Of a stretch of DNA of 20,000 nucleotides, positions 9,285 to 20,000 are shown piece after piece. Made by a program: the position numbers and the translations under genes. The notes beneath the pieces were generated by a model. It made no database searches. It saw only the letters and a program-made list of their open reading frames with translations, and was not told where the DNA came from. This stretch comes from Chiloscyllium plagiosum (Eukaryota): contig NC_057750.1 in assembly GCF_004010195.1 (NCBI RefSeq), positions 19,037,651 through 19,057,650 of the forward strand, given 5' to 3'. How positions within the stretch are numbered: the first letter of the stretch is position 1; every line of letters starts with the position of its first letter.

Positions 9285-9673
9285 TTATAATCTACCAATG
9301 AAAACAAGCATGTCATATGCCTTCTTGACCACCTTAACTACTATGTTACCACTTTCAGCAAACTGTGGACCTGTTTGCGTGATCCCTCTGCAGTTGATGT
9401 TACGTAGTGTTCTGCCATTTACTGTATAGTTCCCTCCTGTATTACATCTTTCAAAATTCTTACATTTGTCCAGATTAAACTTCTTCTGCCATTTCTCCTC
9501 CCAAGTCTCCATATCCTTTTGTATCGTCTAGCAACCCTCCTCACTGTCCGCAATTTCCCCAATCTTTGTATCATCCACAAATGTACTCATCTGGCTACCT
9601 ACAATCTCCTCCACATCATTGATATATATTACGAACAATAATGGTCCCAGCAATGATCTCTGCAGAACACCAC
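9285..9673 (-). mobile_element. CR1 LINE RT fragment
   Basis: Minus strand gives GVLQRSLLGPLLFVIYINDV, WEEKWQKKFNLDKCK and VVKKAYDMLVFIGR. Confidence 0.9.
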
Positions 9674-9678
9674 ATTTT

Positions 9679-9751
9679 TTTAGATTAGATTAGATTACTT
9701 ACAGTATGGAAACAGGCCCTTCGGCCCAACAAGTCCACACCGACCGTCCGA
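9679..9751 (-). mobile_element. SINE/CR1 3' tail fragment with (TAGAT)n
   Basis: TTAGATTAGATTAGATTACTTACAGTATGGAAACAGGCCCTTCGGCCCAAC, like the HE1 tails at 11268 and 13384. Confidence 0.8.
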
Positions 9752-10067
9752 CACGTGTCACAGATACCACTCAGAACAGTATGCCACTCAATAGATATCT
9801 ACCTAAAGACCATCACCCCTTCCATCCATGCCATCTTTGAACGGCCTCAGAAATCCATGTCGGTTCAACTGAGTAAGTATTACTTGTCATTCCCAATGCA
9901 ATTCTAACCACTGGCCACAATGTCTTCTTCCTCTTCTGTATTGCAGGTACAACCAGACTCTTTGTGATGCCTGCAGAGAAGTGCCAGACTTCCCCAGATA
10001 CCATGTCCTTGACCTCTGAGAATAAGGGTACTGAGGCCTCAAAGGAAGCATTGGCAAAGCCACCTTT

Positions 10068-10366
10068 CTTTTTAAAATTCATTCACAGGAAGAGGGCTTC
10101 ACTGATGGGGACAGCATTTATTTTCCATTCCCAATTGTTCAGAGGGCAGTTAAGAGTCAATGACATTTCTGTGGGTCTGGAGCCCAATGTAGGCCAGACC
10201 AAGTGTGGATGAAAGTTTCCACCTGTGAAGGGCATTAGTGAACCAGATGGATTTTTTCAGAAAATGGATTCATGGTCGTCATTAAACACTTAATTCCAGA
10301 TTTTTAAAATTCAAATTCCACCATCTGCCATGGCTGGATTCAAACACCAGTCCCTAAAACATTACC
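10068..10366 (-). mobile_element. tRNA-derived SINE of a second family (SacSINE1/DeuSINE-like, by recognition)
   Basis: Minus strand has a B-box-like TGTTTGAATCC followed by CAGATGGTGGAATTTGAA and ends TGAATGAATTTTAAAA. Homologous to 10369-10527 and 16215-16390. Confidence 0.7.
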
Positions 10367-10368
10367 TG

Positions 10369-10527
10369 CCAATTGTCAGAAAAACCCAACTGGTTCACTC
10401 GTCCTTTAGGGAAAGAAACTGCCATCTTTACTTGGTCTGACATGTGTTGCCAGGCTAGGCAATTAGGGATGGTAACAAAAGCTGGCCTAGCCAGTGACGC
10501 CCTCACTCCTTGAATGAATTAAAAAAG
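10369..10527 (+). mobile_element. Same SINE family, 3' portion
   Basis: AAAAACCCAACTGGTTCACT...CCTTTAGGGAA...GCTGGCCTAGCCAGTGACGCCC...TGAATGAATTAAAAAA. Confidence 0.75.
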
Positions 10528-11267
10528 AGGAAGGAGACAGGGCAGTGCCAGGAGGCACCCAGCGATGGAGTTAACTACATCCAGGTCCCTTTCCACACTG
10601 GACAATGGTGGTCGAGCCCTCTATGTCCACCTCCACCCTGCTTGCTCCCTTCTGACCTTGGCGATCCACACAGAAGAGGGTCTACTCAATTCTAAGAAGA
10701 TCTTTGGCATGTCCGGCCCATCAAACTGCTTCCGGGGTCTCCCTACAAAACGTCCAGGGTCAACAGGCTCAACTACTGAGCAGGCTCCCTCCATCCCAGC
10801 TGTAGAACCTGGAAATGCATAGCAACACAGTGGGAAGCATAAGGGAAAGAAAACCTACTGAGTGCATTTTGGCTGACAATAGCATTTAAGTGACTCACAG
10901 GTTCTGCATTATTTCATTTGAAAGATTTACCTGGTTTCTTTGCGTAGATCCAAAGTTCATTGTTACACCATCAGGCATCACGAAATGGCCCGGAGGGAGA
11001 CTCAATAGACAGGGGTCTGTGTTGACAGTCTACTGCACCATCTGAAAGCAGGGGGGGATAATGTGTCTATATGTCACTGGGTCATGGCAACACCCTTGGC
11101 CCGCCTTGTGCAACACGCCTACTGTTCAACTCTCACTGTTTACAACAATGTAGCAATCAATCAGTTGTTTTGCATTGATTTATTTAGTTGATTTAAGCAT
11201 TATTGTCATGTCTACTCGACTACAGAAGTAGAGCGTAGAAGTGTACATTGACTCATGGCACCATCTT

Positions 11268-11603
11268 ATCATAGAATCCCTACAGTGTGGAAATAGGCCC
11301 TTCTGCCCAACAGGTCCACACCAACCCTCAGAAGAGTAACTCACCCATTCCCTTACCCTATTGTTCTACATTTACCCCTGACTAATGCACATAACCTACA
11401 CATCTCTGAATACTATGGGCAATTTTAGTATGACCAATTCACCTAACCTGCACATCTTTGGAATGTGGGATGAAACCGGAGCACCCGGAGGAAACCCAAA
11501 GAAAGTGCAAACTCCACACAGACGGTAACCCAAGGCTGGAATTGAACCCGTAACCCTGGCGCTGTGAGGCAGTAGTGCTAACCACTGAGCCACCATACCG
11601 CCC
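11268..11603 (-). mobile_element. HE1-like V-SINE, full length
   Basis: tRNA-like head with A box TGGCTCAGTGG and B box GGTTCAATTCC, V-domain TGTGTGGAGTTTGCAC, and a CR1-like tail. Confidence 0.92.
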
Positions 11604-12056
11604 AAAGGTACAAAGGTGTCTAGGTACGAAACATAAGTCCAAGTAGTAAGGTAAAACATATTCTCCTTCCTAATATGAAGGGGAAAAATAAGGAATAAAG
11701 ACTTTTATAAGTACACTCCCTGCAAGGGTTCAGTCTCCTGGCTCACTCTCCGGGAAAGACTGGAGTTCCTGTTCTCGACGCTGCAGATACTGGGGCACTG
11801 ACACTTCAGCCTCACTCTAACCACTTTGGGCTTAGGGCAACAGCTGCTCGCCCCACCCCTCCCGACCAGACATCCAGCCAGCATTGCTCAAGACCCAAGG
11901 TGGTTGCTGTGCTGACCCTGATACATTATTGCATGCTCTCCAGAATTCCAGAAGACAAGTAAGAAAAGATGAGGAGAGAGAAGAGAAAAAGAAGAATGCA
12001 GCTGGCCTGGAGAGGTTGGGCCTTCAGAGACAGTGTCGCCATGTTGAATAACTTCC

Positions 12057-12900
12057 TTGCTCTCCCTTCTGCACTGCTGGGTCCCATTCTCTCCTGGTGG
12101 TACTGGGCCCTCTCTCTCTCTCTCTCCCTTCTGTGCTGCCGGGTCCCATTCTCCCCTCTGTCCTGCTGGGCCCTCTCTCTCTCTCTCTCTCCTCCACCCC
12201 ATCACCCTCCCTCTGTGCTGCTGGCCTGCTCTCTCTCCCCTCTGTGCTGCTGGGCTCTCTCGCTCTGTCTGTCTGTCTAACTCTCTCTCTCTCTCTTTCT
12301 CTTTCTCTTCCCTCTGTGCTGCTTGCCTGCTNNNNNNNNNNNNNNNNNNNNNNNNNNNNNNNNNNNNNNNNNNNNNNNNNNNNNNNNNNNNNNNNNNNNN
12401 NNNNNNNNNNNNNNNNNNNNNNNNNNNNNNNNNNNNNNNNNNNNNNNNNNNNNNNNNNNNNNNNNNNNNNNNNNNNNNNNNNNNNNNNNNNNNNNNNNNN
12501 NNNNNNNNNNNNNNNNNNNNNNNNNNNNNNNNNNNNNNNNNNNNNNNNNNNNNNNNNNNNNNNNNNNNNNNNNNNNNNNNNNNNNNNNNNNNNNNNNNNN
12601 NNNNNNNNNNNNNNNNNNNNNNNNNNNNNNNNNNNNNNNNNNNNNNNNNNNNNNNNNNNNNNNNNNNNNNNNNNNNNNNNNNNNNNNNNNNNNNCTCTCT
12701 CCCCTCTGTGCTGCTGGGCCCTCTCTCTCTCTCTCTCTCTCCCTCTCTCCCCTCTGTGCTGCTGGGCCCTCTCTTTCTCCCTCTCTCCCCTCTGTGTTGC
12801 TGGGCCCTCTCTCTCTCTCTCTTCCCACCTCTGTACTGCTGGGCCCCCTCGCTCTCTCTCTCGTTCCCCTCTGTGCTGCTGGCCTGCTCTCTCCTGCTGC
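12057..12900. repeat. Minisatellite CCCTCTGTGCTGCTGGGCC plus variable (CT)n
   Basis: The repeated unit is visible on both sides of the gap. Confidence 0.95.
12332..12694. other. Assembly gap (363 N)
   Basis: Run of N inside the minisatellite. Confidence 1.
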
Positions 12901-13383
12901 TATCACCTTGAAAAGAAAAAAGAAAAAAAACAAAAGAACAATAGAAACAAAGAGAGCTGACAGAGGTGGATGTTCCCCGGATCAGGAGCTCGAATGCCGG
13001 GTTGCTACTCCGTGGCTGCCATCTTACTGTCTCGTTGTGTGGTGTAATTTGAGTGAAATTTGGTGATGCAGGTGACAATGGTGTGTAAATGGCTCACAGG
13101 TTCTTTATATTTGTCTGGTTCCTCTGAGTCGACCAAAATTTCATTGTACACCATCTGGCATCACTAGATGGACAGAAAGGAAACTTAAGAGAAGTAGGTC
13201 TGCATTGACAGTCCCACTGTGTCAGCTGAAAGCAGGGTGAGTAACTGGCCTATATCAGGGAGCTGTAACACTCAGAAAGGCTCAAAGGGGCAGCCTGTGT
13301 ACCTATATTCTGAACATCACATGATCTAAGACCAAAGTTCTTTCCTTTAAAAAACCTGTACCTTGTTTGTCCATGCATTCTCT

Positions 13384-13694
13384 CACAGAATCTCTGCAGT
13401 GTTGAAACAGGCTCTTCGGCTCAACAATTCCACACTATCACTTCCGAAGAATATCCCCTATTCCATTCCCCTACATTTACCCCTCACCTATATATCCCTA
13501 AACACTATGGGCAATTCACCCTGACCTGCACCACTTTGGATTGTGGGAGGAAATCGGAGCACCAGAAGGAAACCCATGCAGACACAGGGAGAATGTGCAA
13601 ACAGCACACAGACAGTTGCCTGAGGCTGGAATCAAGCCCGTGTTTCTGGCACACTGGGACGCAGCAGTGCTAATCACTGAGCCACCATCCTGCT
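13384..13694 (-). mobile_element. HE1-like V-SINE
   Basis: Head GGTGGCTCAGTGATTAGCACTGCTGC, V-domain, and a tail homologous to 11268-11603. Confidence 0.9.
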
Positions 13695-13924
13695 CACAGA
13701 TCAGGTCACTGCCCACTCTAAGTATGCTAGCAGCCACTTCCATCCCCATTGCACACTTTCAATCTCCAATATGGTGGAAGCCAACAGTGAGTGTATCTCT
13801 GACAGTGACTTCCAGCTACCACATTAACATCCAGGCATCTGCATTCCCTTCCGAGTAACCTACCCCATTAATCCCACAGGCTTTGTACCAGCACAAGTCC
13901 CCATTCAAGGCTAATGAAAGATGT

Positions 13925-14937
13925 GTAGCTTGAGTGCCTGTTGTCCTGGTTCTGGGTATGTTCGTTGAGCTGGGAAGTTGATTTGCAGAGATTTCGTCCC
14001 TTGTCTAAGTAACATCTTAAGTGCTTTGAAGTGCTGCTGTATTGCATCTTCTGTAATTTATTTGGCTCCATTCCTGCTGCTTCCAGTTGCTGGTCCCAGA
14101 TGTTCATTGTACTGACCGATATATTGGGTCCAGGGCAATATGCTTGTTGATCGAGTCTTTGGCTGAGTGCCATGCTTCTAGAAATTCTCTGGTTGACTTC
14201 TGTTTGGCTTGTTTTGTGATCGTTGCTGATGTTCCAGTCAAATTTGTGATCCCTGTCGTGTGTGTGTGTGTGGCTAATAGAGAGAGCTGGTTGTGGCATT
14301 TAGTGGCTAGTTGGTGGTTGTGGATGCAGATTGTTAGTTGTCGACCTGTTTGCCCTATGTAGTGTTTCATGCAGTGTTTGCATGGAATCTTGTAAATTAC
14401 ATTTGTCTTGCATATGGTGGGTAGAGGGTCCTTTGTCCTGGTGAGTTGTTGTCTGAGCATGGCTGTCGGTTTATGGGCTGTCATGAATCTAATGGTTGGA
14501 GAAGTCTGGCTGTCAGTTCCGAGATGTATTTTTTATGTAAGGTAGCGTGGTTAGGGAGTTAGGTCATGGTATGTCCTTGTCACGTTGTTTGCCAGTTGGT
14601 ATCTGTGGATGAAGTTGTGGGGATATCCGTTCTTGGTGAAGACTCTGTGGGGGTGTTCTCCTCTTGCCTTCATAGGCCTGGAGTGCTGCAGTGCCTTGTC
14701 GCCCTTCTGAACAGGATCCTAATGCAGCTTCCCTTGTGTGCGTTTGGGTGGTTGCTGTTGTAGTTCAGAGTCTGGTCTGTGTGCGTGGCTTTTCTGTACT
14801 TTGTGGTACATTCACTGTTTTGTTCTTTCTACATCACATCCAGGAATGAGAGCTGGATTTTCATAAATCTGACACTTGTTAGCATGGTGCTCATAATCTG
14901 GTGTGTGTGCTCAATTTCCGTCCTCTTAATAATGACA
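13925..14937 (-). mobile_element. Penelope-like element: RT C-terminus, GIY-YIG endonuclease and 3' terminal repeat
   Basis: TKDPLPTICKTNVIYKIPCKHCMKHYIGQTGRQL (GIY-YIG) and REFLEAWHS. Upstream: YRKATHTDQTLNYNSNHPNAHKGSCIRILFRRA. Confidence 0.93.
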
Positions 14938-15194
14938 AGTCCCCATCGAACTCGTTTACATTTGCCTACATCTGTTTGCCATCTCCATGCAGCCCCTAGC
15001 TTATGAGGTGACCATGCCTGGTGTGGTGGGCCTGCACAGCACCCATCATTGAGGCCAAGGTGTTCCTAACTGTGGGCAACACCCCCTTCCCCTTCCCCAC
15101 TATATCCGTGTCTGGCATTCCTAACCACATCTGCCTTCCACAAATCCAGTTCCCAGGGCTGAAGGCTAACCTTCCAATACTGGGTCCCATGCCC

Positions 15195-15800
15195 CCTGTC
15201 CTTCGTGGAGAAATTTATCAAGAAAAACACCTTTGACCACAAGTCCATCAGGAAGTGGTCAGCACGTAGTGTCCTTGAGACCCTTCGGGAAAAGGAGAGG
15301 GCGGATCCTGTCGAGCGGTTCCCTGAGCAGACTGTCAAAGCCATTTGGCAGAATGCCTCATCGCCAGAACTTACCAACAAGCACCAAGACATGGCTTGGC
15401 TGATGGTGAGAAGGGCTCTGCCTGTGAGATCATTTATGCACGCCCGGACTCTCAGCCACACCGCACGCTGCCCTCGAAGCGGCTGCGGGGGGGACGAGAC
15501 TGTCACACACCTCCTTCTGGAATGTGCCTACCCAGAAGGAGTGTGGAGAGGAATGCAGTGGTGTTTGTCGAGGTTCATCCCGAGCAGCTCCGTGACGCGG
15601 GACTCCGTGCTCTACGGCCTGTTCCACAGTCATTTGGGCTCCGCTGGCGTCTGAGCTCAATGTAATCGCACTAACCTGAGAATATGAATGATTACCCTGT
15701 TTCGATACGTAAAGAAATGGAATGTTTACAGAATGATGACATGTCCAATTGTATAGATTAAATATATATGAATAAAGTATATTTTTGAAATAAAAAAAAA
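15195..15800 (+). mobile_element. Tx1/L1-clade LINE 3' fragment (zf-RVT region, internal deletion, 3' UTR, poly(A))
   Basis: IWQNASSPELTNKHQDMAWLMVRRALPVRSF..CPRSGCGGDETVTHLLLEC (CCHC-type). AATAAA at ~15771, A-tail to 15800. Confidence 0.92.
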
Positions 15801-16214
15801 ATTGGCTCTTACTCCCTTGTTTGAAATGAGTGGACTGTGGCCCATCCCCTTAACCGAGCAGACTGAACAACCCCACTGAGACATGCCCAAATGACTAGCT
15901 GGTGGCTATACGTGTCTGCATGCACGCACCCACTGCTGTCACATGTGCATATGTGAGACTGGCATCACATGTTGCCACACTGCAACATGGCACGCCTCCA
16001 TTGAGGACTAGTGACCAGCAAGGCAAGCTGTGACCTGTGTCAATGCAGCAATTTGAACATTAAGACAGGGCAACATATGCATGTTGCATCACGGTGGTCA
16101 CACTGTCTACAGCTACCTTTCCCACTGAGGTGTTTGTAGCTGGACTGGTGGGGGTGCAGATAGGGAGGCAGCAACCTAGTGGTGTTGTTGCTGGAGTGAT
16201 GTAGGGAATGTGTT

Positions 16215-16390
16215 GATCTTCAAATCTTGCCATCACAGATGGTGGAATTTTAATGTTTAAAAAACTGGAATGTAGAATCTAATGGTGACTATTTTCTGAC
16301 ATTGGTACTTTTCGGAAAACCCCATGTGGTTCATTAATGCCCTTTAGGGAGGAAACTTATGTCCTTACCTGGTCTGGCATTAGATGAGTG
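16215..16390 (+). mobile_element. Degenerate fragment of the second SINE family
   Basis: CAGATGGTGGAATTT...GGAAAACCCCATGTGGTTCATTAATGCCCTTTAGGGAGGAAA. Confidence 0.75.
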
Positions 16391-16484
16391 TGTGTTAAGT
16401 GAGCAGCCCTGAGGTACATCCTGGTCCAAGCCTGTTGATGTGTAAAGTATTTCGCTGTCACCTTTCAAAGTTACTGTCATAAAT

Positions 16485-16616
16485 GGAAATGTCATAACAT
16501 CCAAGGCTGTGGACCTAGTGTGAGAAAGTGGAACTAATTTAGATCATCATGTATTTTTCTTGGTACAGACGCAATGGACTGAATGGCCTCTTCTGTGCTG
16601 CATGATTCTTTGATTC
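16485..16616 (+). mobile_element. CR1 3' end fragment
   Basis: CAAGGCTGTGGACCTAGTG...ATGGACTGAATGGCCTCTTCTGTGCTGCATGATTCTTTGATTC, a CR1-type tail. Confidence 0.75.
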
Positions 16617-18135
16617 AAAGGTAGATGTGCCCTACAATTTAAGTCTAGGCTTCCAGGACACACTGCTAGTACGTTGAAAAGTTGTCAGGATATAGGTGAG
16701 ACGTTGCCGATTGTTAGCGAGGAAGGGTGCGTGGTACCTGTGGCTATGCCCTGGGTTGTGATTTGGTTGCAACATTGGGTTTTTCAGAACAAATGGAGAA
16801 CTGAATCATCCCGGGTACAATGTCCTGATTTCCAAGTCAGATTTTCACAATGTCGAGTTTGCTTGAGGAGTGTGCCAAGATAGAAAGCTGACATTAACGA
16901 GGTGCATTGAACCGTCAACAAGGCATTTTTCAAATTTCATTCCCCATCAAATGGCAATAACATTATCTAGTGAGAATCCTACCTTACCAAAAGCATCAAT
17001 AATGGAATGAGTTGATCCCAATGTCAAGATGGGCCTCAATGGACTTCTCATCTGATTCTGCCACACACCTCGCCATAGCCCACATCACTCAGACTTGCAC
17101 GCCCTTTGTAAAGCCTGTAATGGTGATTGAGTTTTATGACTATTAACCTCATTTAACTCTGACTACAAGGAAGCTCTTCACTACTCATTGCATGAGGAAT
17201 GTTTTAAAGGGGAATTCTCAAATGTGAAACTTTCAACAGATGTGACAAGTCAAAGCAAATTGTTTTAAATCATCAGATCTCCACTAACGTTGATGTAAAT
17301 GCTGTGGCCCATAGCTCATGTAGCCACTTTCCACTCTAATATGCTGACTGTCCATGATTCCAGGTCATGGACAATCTGCAGGAACTTTGTCCCTGCTTCA
17401 TTAAGAAATGCAGTGAGTTTTTTTATCTCAGCCATTACAACTTTATCTTTTTTTTGTATTATGCCTTTTTTTCACTGTGAGGGAAAAGCTTTAAATAAAT
17501 TATTTTGCATAGCTATTAAATACCTGTTAATTTCATGTAGCTTAACTTTCTTAACAAAGCATTCAAAACACTGCCTTTTTGAAAATGTTTATGAAAGTTT
17601 CCAATGGTTTTTAAAAATAACATTGAATTTGATATGTATTTTCACAATTATTTTGTAAATGTGTTTATTCAGTTAAATACTGCTGAAAGTTCTCACCCTT
17701 GTCTGTACTGGTTTACCTGGTTTACCGAGTTCCATTTTCACATACTGTGGAATTCATGATCTGTATTTCAAACAAGCTGTTCCCAGGACTATAGCTAACT
17801 GGCTGTTAACCCACCCAAAAGACAATAAATTTAGTTTCTGCTTTTCATTTTTAGAAGCTTTCCATCACTAAGGTTAAACTGGTCTGTATATACAGAACTT
17901 ATCCTTTTTTGAATACGTTTAACATTTGCAATTTGCCATTCCTCTGACACCACCATGTGTTTAAGGAAGAGTGGAAAATTATGGGCGATGTCTCCACAAT
18001 TTCCATTCTCACTTCCTGGTCTGCTATCTTGTCAACTTTAAGTGTCTGACTTATCAATTTTAGACTTTTTCTGTGTTTGAATTACTTTTTCTTTCACCGT
18101 GCTCCTTAATGATCATCCATGTTATTAACACACAG

Positions 18136-18312
18136 CTCTGACTACTTCAGTTCCACTCTGACTGTCCTCAGTCCTGCTTTGACTGACTGAAGTGTCACTC
18201 TGACTGTCCTCAGTCGCAGTCTGACTGTCCTCAGTCCCACTTTGACTGTCCTCAGTCCCACTCTGACAGTCCTCATTCTCACTCTGACTGACCTAAATTC
18301 CATTCTGACTGA
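18136..18312 (+). repeat. 21-bp minisatellite (about 9 units)
   Basis: CTCTGACTGTCCTCAGTCCCA repeated with variants. Confidence 0.9.
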
Positions 18313-18409
18313 ACCCGCTCCTCAGGTATTACCCAATTGCTCCTGCTGCTGCTCACTCCCAAGTTTGCTGTGGTATGCTGCCATCGCTATATGTGAGGAG
18401 AGATTAAAC

Positions 18410-18780
18410 ATTGAAACTTAGAAAATAAGGATAGGATTAGACAATTCAGCCCTTTGAGTCTGCTCTGCCATTCAATATAATTGTGGCTGATCATGCAACA
18501 CAGAACCCTGTCCCTGCTTTCTTCCCATCGAGGGCCAAAGGGCCTGTACTGTGCTATAACGTTCTATGTTCTGTACAATTTGATCCTTTTAGCCTAAGAA
18601 CTACATTTAATTCTATATTCAATATTTAGCCTCAAGTGCTTTATGTAGCAGCTAATTACAGGTTCACCACTCTCTTGGTGAAGACATTCCCCCTCATCTC
18701 AGTTCAAAGTGGCCTATCTTTTATCCTTAAATTGTCATCCCTGGTTCTGGACTCCCTGGTCATTGGGAACATCCATTCAT
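18410..18780 (-). mobile_element. CR1 3' end, with a short + strand CR1/SINE tail inserted at ~18529-18573
   Basis: Minus strand reads MFPMTRESRTRDDNLRIKDRPL, followed by a CR1 3' UTR. Confidence 0.85.
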
Positions 18781-18781
18781 T

Positions 18782-19156
18782 TTGGAATTTTATGGGGATC
18801 TCATCGAAAGATATAAAATTCTGACAGAACTGGATAGACTGGAAGTGGGGCTGATGATTCCCCTGGCAATGTGTTCCAGAACAAAGGGTCACAGTCTGAC
18901 GATTGAGAATGAGATGAGGAGAAATCTCTTTTCTCAGCGGGTGGTGAACCTGAGGATTCTCTACTACAGAAGGCAGTGGATGCCTCAGTCCCCAAATAAA
19001 CGTGAGAAATAAGCCAATTTCTAAAGGCTAGAAGTCAAGGAGAATGGGGAGAAAGCAGGAGTACAACGTTGAAATAAATGTGAAAAAGTATAACCATGTT
19101 GATTTGAGGAGCAGGAGTGATGGCCAAATGGTAATGTCCTACTCCTATTTTCTATC
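18782..19156 (+). mobile_element. CR1 3' end
   Basis: GDLIERYKILTELDRL..SRTKGHSL..EMRRNLFSQRVVNL, tail CCTACTCCTATTTTCTAT. Confidence 0.9.
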
Positions 19157-19828
19157 CCCAGCATCTCAGCATTATGCCAATTCAATTTGCCTCAAGTGAT
19201 ATCAAGAAATCACTGAAAGCATTGGATTATGCAAAGTCTGCGCCATGGGGCAGAGTAGTTAACACTGCAGCCTCACAACATCATGGAACTCAGCTTCGAT
19301 TCCACTCTTGGATGACTGTTTGTGTAGAGTTTACACATTCTCCTCATGTGTAAATGGGTTTCCCCTGGGTACTCCTCCCACAGTCCAAAGTCGTGCAGGC
19401 TAGGTGGATTAGCCATGGGGAAATGGAGGGGGTGGGTCTGGGCAAGATGGTCTTAGGAGGATCGGTGAGACTGGATGGGCTGCTTCCAAACTGCAGAGAT
19501 TCCATTGAAAACATTCTGGCAAAGTTCAGAAGACATGCTCCAGAACTTGTTGCACCACTAGCCGAACTGTTCCAATGTGGCTACAACATTGGCATTTACC
19601 CTGCTATGTAGAACTGTGCTCAGGCTGGTCCTGTTCACAAAATGCAATACCCATCCAAGCTGATCATCTCTCCACTCTACACTTAATCGTGAGCAAAATG
19701 ATAGTAAGTGTCATTGACAATGCTATCTGTTCACTGACACTAACTTTGGGTTCCATCTGGCCCCATCAGCTCCTGAACACATTACAGCCTTGGTCCAAGC
19801 ATGGACAAAAAAAAATGACTGAACTCCC
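19157..19828 (+). mobile_element. Old CR1-group LINE RT N-terminal fragment, interrupted by a SINE
   Basis: DIKKSLKALDYAKS / HAPELVAPLAELFQCGYNIGIYPAM / PVHK / IVSKM / FGFH / SAPEHITALVQAWTK. Confidence 0.8.
19242..19506 (+). mobile_element. Degenerate HE1-like SINE
   Basis: Decayed tRNA head, TGTGTAGAGTTTACACATTCTCC and CTCCCACAGTCCAAAG..GTGCAGGCTAGGTGGATT. Confidence 0.85.
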
Positions 19829-19856
19829 ATTGGTAAGTGAGAATAACTGCTCCTAA

Positions 19857-20000
19857 CGGCACGGTGGCACAGTGGTTAGCACTGCTGCCTCACAGCGCCA
19901 GAGACCCGGGTTCACTTCCCGCCTCAGGCGACTGACTGTGTGGAGTTTGCACGTTCTCCCCGTGTCTGCGTGGGTTTCCTCCGGGTGCTCCGGTTTCCTC
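19857..20000 (+). mobile_element. HE1-like V-SINE 5' part, young (CpG-rich), running off the window
   Basis: GGTGGCACAGTGGTTAGCACTGCTGCCTCACAGCGCCAGAGACCCGGGTTCACTTCC plus V-domain CTGTGTGGAGTTTGCACGTTCTCCCCGTGTCTGCGTGGGTTTCCTCCGGGTGCTCCGGTTTCCTC. Confidence 0.95.

Larger units (their letters stand above)
11175..13029 (-). mobile_element. Second composite non-coding retroposon (double head, VNTR, LINE-like tail), related to 932-2551
   Basis: Minus strand: AAGATGGC (13018-13025), pyrimidine tract, VNTR; then CAACATGGCG (12037-12046), pyrimidine tract, TTCTGGAG; then the tail TACCT|AAGATGG (split by a SINE)...TGACAATAA..TAAATCAA. Continuity across the N gap is assumed. Confidence 0.65.

Noticed and set aside
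11888..13078. ORFs of 200-400 aa
   Set aside because: They run through the N gap and the (CT)n minisatellite.
16620..18130. Possible host exons or ORFs (e.g. 17299-17658)
   Set aside because: AT-rich, with no recognisable protein motif or consistent splice structure; left unannotated.
19857..19930. tRNA gene
   Set aside because: It is the tRNA-derived head of a V-SINE and continues into the V-domain; the same applies to the other HE1 heads.

Overview
Repeat-dense, apparently non-genic vertebrate DNA, very probably from a shark or ray, judged from HE1-type V-SINEs and degenerate CR1, Tx1 and Penelope pieces. No intact host gene is evident. Bases ~230-9268 are a deeply nested LTR-retrotransposon pile. 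Its backbone is a decayed Gypsy element with Gmr1-type order (PR-IN-RT), arranged as a tandem whose shared middle LTR has a PPT before it and a tRNA-Pro PBS after it. Inserted into it are a VNTR-containing non-coding retroposon, a SINE, a second short LTR and an inverted same-family solo LTR. The short LTR carries about 8 poly(A)-tailed retroposon 3' ends at its TATA box, two of them apparently with 3' transductions from the same site in other LTR copies. The rest of the window holds CR1, Penelope, Tx1 and SINE fragments, minisatellites, a 363-N gap and a second, inverted member of the VNTR retroposon family. The two best candidates for undescribed systems are (1) a retroposon targeting an LTR TATA box and (2) an SVA-like composite retroposon (YY1-type head, pyrimidine tract, VNTR, LINE-like tail). 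Family names are from recognition only; no database search was run.
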